Assembly (NCBI RefSeq): GCF_030144855.1
Contig: NC_082714.1
Location: 95,232,001 to 95,296,000 of the forward strand
Origin: Hypanus sabinus
Taxonomy: Eukaryota
DNA length: 64,000 bases
Reading direction: 5' to 3'
Position 1 is the first letter of the stretch. Each line of letters starts with the position of its first letter. The notes under the pieces are model-generated. The model made no database searches. It was not told the DNA's origin and was given only the letters and a program-made list of their open reading frames with translations. The position numbers and the translations under genes are program-made. Positions 49,321 to 62,844 of this stretch are shown piece by piece.

Positions 49321-51698
49321 GTGCTGTTCAAGCGATATTTCCCTTAGCCTAAGGGTGAGGATCAGGCAACAGGAGTGAATGAGTGACTGCAGTAAGCGAG
49401 CCGAGAAAGGGTGATGGGCGAGGCGGGCCAGTGGGTGAAGGTGCTGCCTCACAGCGCCCGTGACATTCCTGTGCCTTTACACATCTCTGCATGGGTCTCC
49501 TTCGGGTACAAGAGATGCTTAAGAATGTGCACAGAGTGGCAGGATATGAACCACATGCAGACAGAGGGGATAGATGTCATTAGCTCAATACAACAGTGCA
49601 GGTTGAAAGCAACATTCCTCCATGGTTCTAGTTTTTTCCCATAGTCTAAAGATGTTTGCTCTGGTGGATTAATGGGCCCTGTTATGTAAAGGAATGGAAG
49701 AATGTGAGGGGAATTGTTTGAAATGATGGGAGGGGGTATAATCAGTATAGGATTAATACAAAGGGTACGATGGTTGGCACACAAGTCGGGAGAATATACA
49801 CCAGTCATCGAGGGGTCAGCAGTGGAAAGGGTGCACAGCTCAGAGGATCTAAATTGGGCCCAACATACTGATGCAATTTCAAATGAAGGCACACCTAATA
49901 TTTCATTAGGAGTCTGAGGAGATTTAGTACATCACCAAAAACTAGTAAATTCTATGGGCCTATTATGGTGAGCAATCTGATTGGTTGCATCACCATCTGG
50001 AAAAAGCTGCAGAGGGTTGTAAACTCTGCCACCTCCATCATGGGCACTCACCTCCCCACCATCAAGAACATCTTTAAAGAGCAATACCTCAAGAAGGCAA
50101 CATCAATCATGAAGGACCCTCACCACCCAAGACATGGCCTCTCCTCAGTACTACTAATAGGAAGAAAGCTACAGGAGCCTACAGACCCACAATCAATAAA
50201 TAGAAACAGCTTCTTCCCATCTGCCATCAGATTTCCAAGTGGTCAATGAACACTACATCACTCTTTTACTCCCTTTTTATAGCTTCGTAGCTTGTAGTGT
50301 GTTTTTCTGTTTTGAACTGTATTACTGCCACAAAACAACAAATTTCATGACTTATGTTAGGAATAATAAACCTGATTCTGATTCTGGACCTGATGGGCTG
50401 AAGGGACTGCTTCGCTCTGGGAACAATTGAGTTAGTTCAAGACAAGCGAAGACAGAATTTGGGCAACCAGCTGTTAATTCCTCCGAATCACTTGTCTGAA
50501 CCCTTGTCACTATTTTGAAGAGCAGATGAACTCAGTGTCAGGAAGGGAGAGGAATGATTGTGAATGATATCAGACATCTATGGGAGAGAGTATATTGATG
50601 AATCATCAGACAATGCAAAGAGCCTCCCACATGCCGATGAAACAACGGTCATAACCCCTTCAGCCCAAACCAACAGTGATCCAAGAAAACACGCTCAACA
50701 CCCTCTAGGCATTTCTGCAGGGCAGATGACAGCAATAAGCAATTTGTCGTCACTGTTAACATATTGAACTCTTCCCTTGGTTTTCCACCCCACCTCCTTT
50801 GGAATTTGCCAACTCTGGTGTAAAGCCCATTTAGAGTACCACACTCAGTGTGGGCATTCCAACCTGTTCATATCCCCAATTCCTGAGCAGACACGCTAGT
50901 CCAAGCTCCATTACCAAAGAGGCAAGCCAAGCAGAGGAAACAACATAGAACACTACAGTGCAATACAGGCCCTTTGGTCAACAATGTTGTGCCAACCTTT
51001 TAATCTAGTCCAAGATCAACCTAACCCTTCCCTCCCACATAGCCCCTCCATTTTTCTATCATCCAAGAGCTTCTTAAATGTCCCTAATGTATCTGCCTCT
51101 ACCACCATCTCTGGCAGGTGCTCCACACATCTACCAGTCTCTGTTTAAAAACTCTTACCTCTCACGTACTTCCATACCATCACCTTACAATTACGCACTC
51201 TTGTATTAGCCATTTCTGCCCTGGGAAAAAGTCTTCTGCTGTTGATTTTTCACCAGAAGATGGTGAATCTGTGGAATTCATTGCCACAGACGGCTATGGA
51301 GGCCAAATCATTGGGCCTATTTAAAGCGGAGATTTACAGATTCTTGATTAGTAACGATGACAAAAGTTACAGGGAGAAAGAAGGAGAAGGGGATTGAGAG
51401 GGAAAATAAATCAGCCAATAAAGGCAGAGCAGACTTGATGGACTCAATAGCTTAATCCTGATCCTATGTATTTTAATGAACCGGATTGTGATCCTGGACT
51501 TGTTGGGCCGGTGCCTACTTCTATCTGGTGTGACCAAGAGGAGACAGGTCAGTACAATGGGTTATTTCAAGAGAAGCAAATACAGAATATGGCAACAGCA
51601 GGTAATACCTAGGAGAAGGCCACCTAGTCTCTGAAATGGTTTTGAACCACCACACTTGTCTATTCAAGTTCAAATTTATTGTCATCTGACTGTACATA

Positions 51699-52259
51699 TG
51701 CAACACTCCGCTTTATCAACTCACATTCGTCTAGGGGAAACTGCCATAGGCCCTGCCAAACTATGTACTCACGTTTGCGTAGATGCTGTGCAATGCACCC
51801 CGGTACAAGCCCACAAGGTAAAACATCAGACAGTTCACAATGTACAATTAAATAATTACACTTTAGAACTGTTATTTGGTGGTGTGGTTAGTAGAAACAA
51901 ATCAAATAAAGGCACCACTCATTAAAATTATCAGCTTTGTGCACAAAATAATTCGTTGGAGCTCATGCCTCTCATGTCCATCCTTAAAGGACCTCCGAAC
52001 CGTCGAATTCCGGTACCCACTGTACTAGGACCACCCTCCCACATTCGTCCTTCCTCTTCACTCGCCTCACCGAAAAGACAGCGAACTCTCTTGGTTCCCA
52101 CCATACAAGATAGCATAACAGGTCCCCCATTGGTTAGCTCCCTGTTATCTGTAGTTATAACCCAAACATCGCAGCTACAGAGAAACATTACCTCATCGGT
52201 TAACATTACAGAGAAGACATTTCATTAGCCTTAACAGTTAACATTACTGAGAACCTATA
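51699..52259 (-). repeat. 3' LTR of the Gypsy element (~560 bp)
   Basis: Follows the purine tract ggtgagggga, ends TGTTGCA at 51699 and contains a CCAAT at ~52130. No 5' LTR is present to confirm the ends. Confidence 0.65.
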
Positions 52260-55200
52260 TTGTCCCCTCACCGAATTTAGTCATGCCCTCATGATGTTCA
52301 GATAATTTGCCAACCCTTCCTGCAAAACACAGAGTCCAATCCAAGTGCAGAAAGCAGTGACATAACTCCCCAAAACAGTAGAGATCACACCCTGTTCCCC
52401 AGGCACTACATAGGATAACCTATCCAGGGGGTTCCTAATTTTCTGAGACCTCCTCTCTTAACTCTCGACTCAGATACTACTGGGGACACTCTGGGGCTAT
52501 GTGGCAAACCCTCCTGCGATCAGTCACTCAAACCCCCTGTCTCTTGTTCAGGCCTCACCTCCTCTCCTTCAGAGTCCTGCAGTACCCCAGGCTGCCCACT
52601 AATAGCCCCCCCTTACCTTGTCTGACTCAGTGGGAGAAGGGCCAGGAGTCTCTTCCTCCATCACAGGGGAGTTAGTGAACGGAAGTATGTACCACTCATC
52701 CCAATCATCATCCTCCGATTTGGTATTCCTCTCAGGGGCTGGGCCCGTCCCAGTCTCTTCCAGGGTGGGCTCTTCCGTCACCAGAGTCCTCGTACTAGGT
52801 GCAGACCCCAAGTTGGGCTCCCAATCTACCTGCACCTCTTGTCCCAGGGGCAATAGGTGGTTCCGATGGAGAATCTTGACAGGCCCATTCCCCTCCTCCG
52901 GTCTCACCCGGAAAACCGGTAGGTTTGGCATCTGACTCCCCACCACATAGAGTGTGGCCACCCAGCGGTCAGCCAACTTGTGTTTCTCACGTAGTCCCAA
53001 AATCCTTGAGGACTCGGTCTCCCGGCAGGAGTTGGGAGTACTGCACTTTCTAATGATACCTCCTCTTATTTCCCAGATTCTGCTTGGCGGCCGCCACCCC
53101 AGCCAATTCGTAAGCCCTTTTCAGCTCTCTCCTCATATCAGACAGATACTTCAGATGGTGGTAAGTCACCACAGATGCTTCGGTGGTAAGTCACCCAAGT
53201 CAGTTCCAAAGCAGAGGTCAATGGGCAACCTCGCCTCATGCCCAAACATCAGATAATAGGGCGAGTACCCAGTAGCTTCATTGCGTGTACAGTTGTAGCA
53301 GTGAACCAGATGCCCAATATGTTGAATCCATCTGCTGTTCTTGCTGATCTCCAGGGTCCCGAGCATGTCCAGCAAGGTTCAATTAAACCTCTCAGGCTGG
53401 GGATCGCCTTGCGGATGATACGGAGTGGTCCTCGACTTCTCAACTCCCAGCATGCCCAGTAACTCATAGATGAGTCTGTGAGAGCACATAGTGTCCCGTC
53501 CCTGGTCACTATGTATCCGCCTGGGAAGGCTATAATGCACAAAATACTTTTCCCATAGCACCTTAGTCATCCTCTGGTCCTTGATAGGAAAAGCCCGGAC
53601 ATACCTAGTGTAGTGGTCCGTGATGACTAAGACATTCGCCATGTAGCTGGCCGCGGGTTCTATGGCCTGGAAATCCAAACGCACCAGGTCCAGGGGCCCT
53701 GCACTCTGCAAGTGTGACAAAGGAGCAGCCTGCGCAGGTAGTGTCTTCCGGCGCATGCAGCGAATGCACGACAGCAGTACTCTTCAACTTCCGACTCCAT
53801 TCGGGGCCAGTAAAACCGGTCTCTGAGCAAGCCATATATTTGGCTTTTCCACCCCCAAATTTCCAGAATGATCATGCAGTGATTTCAAAACAATCTTCCG
53901 ATACTTCTCTGGCTGGACCGACTGCCAACGCCAGGGTCGGTCCGGGGGTGACATGACCCGGTATAAAATACGGCTCTTCAACTCCAACCAAGGTCATTCT
54001 CTCAGTAATGGCGGCACCGAAGCGTGTTACATTTTCTCCACTGCGCCATATCTCCCGCGCACCAAATGGTCATTATGCTGAGCAGCTGCCACTTCCCCAG
54101 AACTCAATTCTGGCAGCTGAACAGTCAGGTTACAGTAAACTGGGGAATGGCATCATCAGAAGCCCTCAATTGATCCACTGCACGAGCCAGTCTCTCCTTT
54201 TCCTCTGCCTTCACAGTGATGGCAAACTGACACATGGCCTTTACCCCAGGGGCAGGAACGCTTTCTGACTCCTCGTCCCTATCGAGTCTTTCATGCACCC
54301 ATCGGGAAAAACCGTCGGCATCAACGTTCTGGCTCCCCGGCCAGTACTTCAGGCTGAAATCATAGGCGGTCAACGCTGCCAACCACCGATGGCCTGTGGC
54401 ATCCAGTTTCGCCGAGGTCAGGATGTAAGTGAGCGTGTTGTTGTCCATCCTCACCTCAAACTTGGCCTCATAGTCACTCAGCTTATCCACCATTTCATCG
54501 CCAGGAATTCCAACTTGTGGGTAGGATAGTTTCTCTCGGAGGACAACAAACTCTGGCTTATAAACGCCACCAGCCTCAAATTAGTGCCCCGATCCTGATA
54601 CAGGACGCCCCCAACCCCTCTCGACTGGCATCAGTGTGTAATACATAGGGCAATCAGGGGTCTGTAAAAGCAAGCACTGGTGCCTGGGTCAGCAACTCCT
54701 TCAGCGACTGAAAATCTTCCTCACATTTTGCATCCCACCTCTGTCTGAAGGGCTCTGACGGACTTAACGTCCCCTTTTCCCTTTCCCTTTCTTCCCCAAG
54801 GGAGGGTAACCACGCAGAAGCTGGTTCAAAAGGTGACTCACCTTGGTGTAGCCCTTCATAAATCTCCAAATGTAACTACAGAACCACAAGAACGAGCGCA
54901 GAGCGCTCATAGTCTGGGGCCTTGCCCACGTGATCACCGCTTCTATCTTAGTCGGGTCTATAGCTACTCCATTCCGTGAGATTATGTGCCCAACATAGCG
55001 AACAGACATCTTGCAGAACTGGCACTTGTCCAGGGAAAGTCTTAACCCTTCCTCCTTCAGTAGCCTCGCTTCGTGTTCTTCCAAGGTGGATCCAAGTCAT
55101 CCAAATTCAAGCAAGTTCATATCCCTCACCATCTTCTCCATGACCCTCTGGAAGGTGGCAGGGGTTCCCGATATGCCCTGGGTCATCCTTTCAAACTGGA

Positions 55201-56640
55201 AAAATCTCAGAGTGCATATAAATGCTGCCTTCTCTTTGTCGGTCTCACTAATCGGGATCTGGTAATATCCACTCCTCAAGTCCAGCACACTAAACCACTT
55301 CGACCCACTCAGACAGGCCAGCGTGTCTTCGACCCTCAGGACTGTATGCTGGTCATGGACAGTGCTGCCTGTTCAGGGTCCTATAGTCCATACACGTGTA
55401 CCTTCCTGTTTTTCTTCTAGGCCACTACTATTGGGGATGCATAAGGGCTTCAGGATTCAGAGATGATCCCAGCTTCCTTCAACTTACACAAGTGCTGCCA
55501 CACATCTTCCAATTCTGCAGGGGTCAGTTGCCGTGACCTTTCTCTAAATGGGGTGTTCTCACTCACCCGGATGGTTTGGCGAGTGCTCTTGGAACAACCC
55601 ACATCAAACTCGCCAAGGGAGAAAAACATCTTCCAGCTTCAACATCTTCTCCACCAGCCTTCGTTTCCAACCTGGCGGCACAGGAGAGTCCCCAAATTTA
55701 AAGGCCTCAACAGTCAACGTTTCCCTGTTTTCCAATAGTTTCTCCCCAGTGGGCTTCACAGGGGTGTTAGACATTACCATCACCGGGAATAAATGCACCA
55801 GAGGCATCCCTCTCTTAAAGGTGATTTCTCTCTTCGTAGTGTTCCTGACAATCACAGCAGGGGCCTCTACAATTCTGGCCTCTACAATTCTGGCCTCACC
55901 AGCTCCCCAGCCGGAAATCGCAATTCCCCCTCGAGGTCTTCCAGGGTGTCCACTAAAAGGGCCTCACCCTCAGGCACTCCGGGAAATCTGGGGGTTCCCA
56001 TCACTCTCGCTCCCAGGCCTTATTACCTTAGGCTTCGACTGGGTGCACCACCTTGTTGAAATTCAGTATCCGGCCCAGTGCAGCCCAGACTTCCTCAAAA
56101 GCAGCTCAAAACACTGAGTGCACTGCCAGGGTCCCCATAATGTTCTCACTAACCTTCTCCTTTCAGGCCCCCATGAGCCTCCGCACCAGAGGGGTGATAG
56201 TCCCCACCAGAATTGAAACACGGCCCATATCAACCGGGTCCGGACAAACCAGCACTAACGTCTCCAGGATTTCAGACATTCCCACATTGGCTTCTGAAAA
56301 CTCCAGTCTCACTGACAAATACCTGTCATACAGATAATCACCAGCACCGAAGCCCCAAATCTCCAGTGCACTGAATGGTGTCAAGGGCAAATGCTTTAAA
56401 TACTGGTTGTAGAATGAACAGTACAGTAACATGACCTGCGACCTGGTGTCGAGTACAGATTTAGCATAGATTCCCCCTCTCCATAGTGACATGCTGGAGC
56501 AGGGTCCCACTGATCCTTCCGGAATCGGGTCTTTTGCTTTCGGGAGTCCCTTGGTACATTGCTGGGAACGTGTTCCCTTAGAGACACCAGGCCGTTCCCT
56601 CACTGGGTCTCCTCTAAGTTTCCCAACACCTCTCCCTGCT
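51699..56640 (-). mobile_element. Ty3/Gypsy LTR retrotransposon, 5'-truncated and decayed
   Basis: Order protease (LDTRSQV), RT (LDLRSGYYQI; PATFQRVME), RNase H (DNNTLTYILTSAKLDA), integrase (ITDHYTRY; HSDQGR; PYHPQGDPQPERFN), then a purine tract at ~52262-52272 and an LTR. Confidence 0.93.
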
Positions 56641-58344
56641 TGACTTCTGAGCGGCTTGTTTCTGTGGACAGGCATGTTTGGCGTGGTATTGAGAACTTTA
56701 AGGCCATGCATCGAAGTGCTCAGAAGTCTTGCGAGTACAATGGAAGACCATCTTACACATCATCCAGCTCCTGCCCCATTTGTAGAGTGGAATCAGGAGC
56801 CCTTAATCTCAAGGGACTCCTGTCCACCGTTCCCTCTAGGTTGTGCGGGTATAATTGAAATGCTCGCGCACGTAGCCTGTAAAAAAATGTTAGAGAGAAC
56901 ACTGCTCCTGTCTCATGAAAATGGCAGGAATTCACAATAATACCACCAGGCTGGCAGGAGACAGCAAGGCAAAGTGTCCACAAGGAGGTTTTGAAAAAAA
57001 TTAGTCATTTTCCCTATTTACGTGTGTGTACATACACAGTGGGGGGGGGCGGGGGGGGGTGGTGGTGGAAGAATGTGAACTTTCTTCACAGGGAGGATAG
57101 GAAGAGCAAGGTGGCAAGGAGGATATTGTGACTGGGGACGGATTAGCATGATCGTGATGGATTGATGGAGACTAAGACTAAAGGAGTGCATTTCAAAGAA
57201 AGTAAATTTAATATCAAACTATGCACATGTCACCATATACTAGCTTGATATTCATTTTCTTGCATGCATTTATGAGAAAAATAAAGAAATACAATAGAAC
57301 CTGCATGAAGACTGATAAAGATGCAAGAGAAGACAAACTGCAAATTTTAAAAATACTGAGAACATGAATTGTAAAGAGTCCTTGAAAGTGAATCTGTGAC
57401 AGTAGTGTAATTTGCGCAGAGGGATCAGGAGAGATGGAACCAGGTGGGGAAAGATGGGTTAAGATTTAAAGCACATCATCTGTCTGCATGAAAGAACAAA
57501 CTTGAGGGGATGAATGGTCTCCCGCAGGGCTCATGCCCAAACATCAGAAATTCTCAAGGCCATCTTAGCACACTGCCTACGGCTGTGCAGAATATTTCAA
57601 ATTACATTTCGGTGCATTCAGCAGCAGACTGCATTTATGTAGCCTCACTCATCCAACAACGATCTTTGGCGAGTGGAGGGGCAAACAGATTTGACAGGAA
57701 ACCGTGTAAGCAGATAGCAAGGCAGGTGACTAGAAACTAAGATACAGTGAAGAGCTTGCCTTGCATACTGTTCATACTGATCAAATCATTACATGGTGCA
57801 TTGAGATAGAACAAGGTCAAGCAATAACCTTGGTAAATGGTGAGGCAAGAGTCCATCTTATTGTACAATTGTCTATTCAATAGTCTGATAACAATGAGGT
57901 AGAAGCTGTCCTCGAGCCTGATGCTTTCAGGCTTTTGTGTCTTCTGCCTGATGGCAAAGTAATGAAGAGAGAATGTATTGGTTGGGTGGGGTCTTTGATT
58001 ATGCTGTTTGCTTTACTGAGGCAGCGAGGTATAGATGAAGTCCATGGAGGGGAGGCTAGCTCCCATGATGTGCTAAGCTATCTCCACAGCTTTCTATGGT
58101 GCATCGATAAAAATTGCCAAGAGTTAACGGGGACATGCCAAATTTCTTCAGTCTCCTGAAGAGACGTTGATAAGCCAGAACAAGCTATTGGTGATGTTCA
58201 CACATAGGAACTTGAAGCTCTCAACCTCAACACTGTTGAGCCTGAGAACAGATTCAGTACCAGATGCTCAGCACACCTTGCTCTGGCTCTTTACCTACAA
58301 CTCTAATAAATTCTTACCATCAGGTTTTGGAACCACGAGGCCAT

Positions 58345-59880
58345 AAAATATAGGAGGAGAATTTGGCCATTTGGCCCATTGAGTCTGCTCTGCCATTTCA
58401 TCACGGTTGATACAATTTTACTCTCAGCCCCAATCTCCTGCTTTCTCCCCATATCCCTTCACACCCTGACCAATCAAGAATCCATCAACCTCTGCCTTAG
58501 AGATAGATAAAGGCGAGGCAAGCACAGCTGCCCTTGGCAAAGAATTCCACAGATCACCACTTGCGGGCTAGAGAAATTCCTCCTCATTTCTGTTCTACAA
58601 GGATGTCCCTCCATTCTAAGGCTGAATCCTCTGGTCTTAGACTCTCCCATCACAGGAAACATCTTCTCCAGAAACACTCTATCAAGGCCATTCGACAGGT
58701 TTCAATGAGGTCATCCTTCATTCTTCTGAATTCTAGTGAGTACAGGCCCAGAGCTATCACACTTTTCACATGACAAGCCATTCAACCTGGAATCATTTTG
58801 GTGAACCTCTTAAGAACCCTCTCCAGCTTTAGTACATCCTTTCTAAGATAAAGTCCCCAAAACTGGTCAATACTCCAAGTGATGCCTCATCAGTTTCAAC
58901 ATTACACCCTTGCTTTTATATGAAATGAATGCTGACATTGCATTTGCCTTCCTCACCACAGACTCAACCTGCAAATTAACCTTTAGGTTAACCTGCACAA
59001 GGACTCAGAAGTCCCTTTGCACCTCAGCTTATTTTATATTTTCTCTCCATTTAGAAAGTAGTTAACCCTTTCATTTCTTCTACTAAAGTGCATGACCATA
59101 CACTTACCAACATTATATTCCATCTACCATTTCTTTGCCCATTCTCCTAATCTAAGTCCTTCTGTAGCCTCTCGACTTTCTCAAACTACCTGCCCCTCAA
59201 CCTATCTTCGTATATCTGCAAACTTTCAACAAAGTCATCAGTTCCATCATCCAAATCATTGACATAGAACATTAAAAAAAGCAGTCTCAACTCTGACCCC
59301 TGTGGAACATGGTAGGCGAGTCTACGACAAGAGGGTGCGACTTCAGGATTGAAAGATGCCCACTTAGAACAGAGATGCGAAGAAATTACTTTAGTCAGAG
59401 GGTGGCAAATCTGTGGAATTTGTTGGCTCGAGCAGCTGAGGGCAAGTCCTTGGATGCATTTAAAACAGAGATAGGTAGGTTCTTGATTAGCCAGGGCATC
59501 AAAGGGTACGGGGAGAAGGCAGGGGAGTGGGGATGACTGGAAGAATTGGATCAGCCCATGATTGAATAGTGGAGCAAACTCGATGGGCAGAATGGCCTGT
59601 TTCTGCTCCTATATCTCATGGTCTTATGGTAACACCACTAGTCACCGGCAGTCAACCAGTAAAGGCTCCCTTTATTCCCACTCTTTGCCTCCTGCCAATC
59701 AGCTACTGGCTTATCCACACTGGAATCTTTCCTGTAATACCATGGGCTCATTGCTTGTTAAGCAGCCCCATCTTGTCTAAGCCTGAAAATCCAAATGCAC
59801 GACATCAACCGATTGACCTTTGCCTATCCTACTTGTTACTTCTTCAAAGAATTCCAACAGATTTGTCAAGGCAAGATTTC
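58345..59880 (-). mobile_element. CR1 LINE 3' portion with a nested plus-strand CR1 tail (~59309-59628)
   Basis: Same subfamily as 10623-11900. The sequence ccctgtggaaca|...|ccactagtcaccggcag is split by an opposite-strand CR1 3' end. Confidence 0.85.
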
Positions 59881-60869
59881 CTTACACCACAGACTGGTAC
59901 AGAAATACCAATGCCTAGGAATGGAAAGGCTTACAGAACATGATAGATACAGCCTGGTCTATCACAGGCAAAGCCCTCCACACCACTGAGCACATTCACC
60001 AGAAACTCTGCTGCAAGAAAGCAGCATCCATTATTGAGGGCGCCCATCATCGAGGCCATGCCCTCTTCTGGCTACAATTGGGCAGGAGGTACAGAACTCC
60101 CATACCATCAGATTCAAGAATAGCTATTACCCGACAACCACAAGGATTTGAACCGACATGGATAACTTCACTCACCTCAACGTTTAACTGATTCCACAAC
60201 TATGTACTCACTTTCAGTGACCCTTTACAACTAATATTGTCAATATTATTTCATTTGCACAATTTGTCTTCTTTTGCACGTTGGTTGTTTGTCAGTCTTT
60301 ATTTATGCATACTTCTTCATAAATTGTATTGCATTTCTTTATTTTCCTGTAAATGCCTACAAGAAAATAAATCTCAAGGTAACATTTGCATTCTGAATGG
60401 TAGTTCAAAGGCACGAGCATGATCAGCATCACAATTCACAAGATCAAAACTTGCCTCAGGGAAGAATGTGTCAGACGTCAAATAATGAAAGAGGAACAGA
60501 AAATAGTGGGCATACTCAGCAGGTCAAGCAGCAGCTATGAAGAGAACAACAAGACATTTCAGACTGCTCTGACACAGTTCCACAGATTGTGCCAGAGTAT
60601 CTCCAACATTTCCTGCTTTTGTCCCACATTTCCAGCAGGTCTTTTTTGGCTTTGGCCAAGAGAAACCGACTGATAAATTGTCCCAGCACCTGTTCCAAAG
60701 TCTTGCATCCTATCCAAGTGCGAGACGCAGTATTGGACGTCACACAGTGAAACTCTGATAATTGGCCATGTCTGGGACTGCTAGTGCTACACTGGCACGT
60801 TTTCTGGACTATCACATGTTCTTCTAACACCCCAATACACTTCTCACTGACTTTCTGCTGGTACATAGT

Positions 60870-61695
60870 ATTACAATACTAACATGCCAAGCAAACTCTT
60901 CTCCAATCTCCTAGACCTGGAACATAACACCTCCCTTTGTAAATGGATCCTTGACTTCCCAACCAACAGACCACAATCAGTAAGGATAGGCAGTAACAGC
61001 TCCACCACAATTACTCTAAACACAGATTGCCCACAAGGCTGCATCCTCAACCTCCTACTCTATGAATCCTCCTCCTCCTCCTCCTCCACTAATGAATGCA
61101 TGGCCCAAGTCTGCTCCACATCTGTGGATGACACCACAGTAGGGGACAAACTGACAAATAACGATGAGCTGGTTATTGTCAACATGAAGACGGACAGTTG
61201 ACATCAATGATGCTGAGGTTGAGAGGTCTGAGAGCTTAAGTTCCAAGGAGCGAACATCACCGATAGCCTGTCCTGGTCCAGCCACACGGACACTATGGCC
61301 AGAAAAGTGCATCAGCACCTCTACTTACGCTCAGCACACTAAATAAATTCATCATGTACTCTTCAACCCCATCAAGAATTTTTACAGATCCACCATAGAA
61401 AATATTCTATCCAGATACATCACGGCTTGGAACGGCAACCACTCTGCCCAAGACAGCAAGAAATTGCAGAGAGATCTGGACTCAGCTTAGCACATCACAT
61501 AAACCAGCCTCTTCTCCATGAACTGCCTTCAATTCCTGCTGCCACGGGAAAGCCGCCAATATAGTCAAAGACGTCCTACTAGCAGGACATTCCCTCTTCT
61601 CCACCCTCCCATCAGGCAGAAGATACAAAAGCTTGAAAGCATGGACCATCAGCTCAAGGGCAGCTTCTACCACACTATTATAAGACTACAAAATT
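60870..61695 (+). mobile_element. Rex1/Babar-like LINE RT fragment
   Basis: LCKWILDF.TNRPQSVRIG...PQGCIL...DDTTVG. Related tails (IKDPHHPGHALFSLLPS) recur at ~21400-21940, 27360-27970, 34010-34520, 49790-50390 and 57740-58240. Confidence 0.7.
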
Positions 61696-62844
61696 TCCTA
61701 GTATGAAAAGGAGGGTGCAGCTTAGGAAGACATCTTTCAGCCCGCAATGTGGGTGCTGAACTAATTAAAAGAGGAATCAAATACCCAACTAATCTCTTCT
61801 TCCTAGTGTCCATACCTTTGCATATCCTGCACATTCCTGTGTCGAACAGCCTCTTGAACACTTCTATTGTAACTGCCTCCACCTCCAGCTCCAGCCCAGG
61901 CAGCACATCTCAGGCACCCGCTGCTCTCTGTAAGAAAATTTTGCTTCACACATCTCCTCTGAACTTAGCCTCTCTAACCTTAAAAACAAACTAAGTCTGG
62001 GAGAAAGAATCTGGCCGTCTACTCCATCTATGATTCTCAAATTTATTAACTTCTATCAGTCTCCCCTCAGCTTTCACTACTCCAGAGAAAACAACCCAAG
62101 TTTGTCCAACCTCTCCCTAAAGCACAAGACTTCTAATCCAGGCAACATCCTGGTAAACCTCTTCTGTACCCTCCCCAATGGTTCCAATCCCTTCTGTAAT
62201 GAAGTGACCCGAACTGTATACATTACATGAAATTTGGCCTAAAAAGAGTTTTATAAAGCTGCCACATAACTTCCTAACTCTTGAATTCATCCCATTGACT
62301 AAAGGCAAAATACAACATAATTTCGTGAGAACTTATCAGCGCTGCTGAGAGGCTACATAAGGACAGATTCTTGACCTCAGTCTACCTCATTATGGCTTTG
62401 CACCTTGTTGTCTGCCTGCACTGCACTTTCTCTAACTGTAACACTTCATTCTGCATTCTGTTAGTGTTATCTCTTGCACTACTTCAATGTACTGATATGA
62501 TGACATGACACGTGTAGGTGGCATGTAAAATAAGTACACTTGATTCCCTCTGAACACTATCACCTCCCACTATTTAAAAATACTCCACCTTGCTGTATTT
62601 TCTAAGTAATCATGGGTTGGTTTGGCAACTGGTCTGCCTGTTGTCACAAGGTACTACAGAGAGTGGTAGACACTGCTCCCTACATGACAGAAACCAGCCT
62701 CTTTTCTGTGGACTCTGTTCATATTTCCCGCTGCCTTGATAAAGCAGCCTGTGTAATGAAAGATCGTTCCCACCCCAGCTATTTTCTCTTCTTCTCCTCC
62801 CCCTCCCATTTGGAAGAAGATATAAAAACCTGAAAGCACACAGT

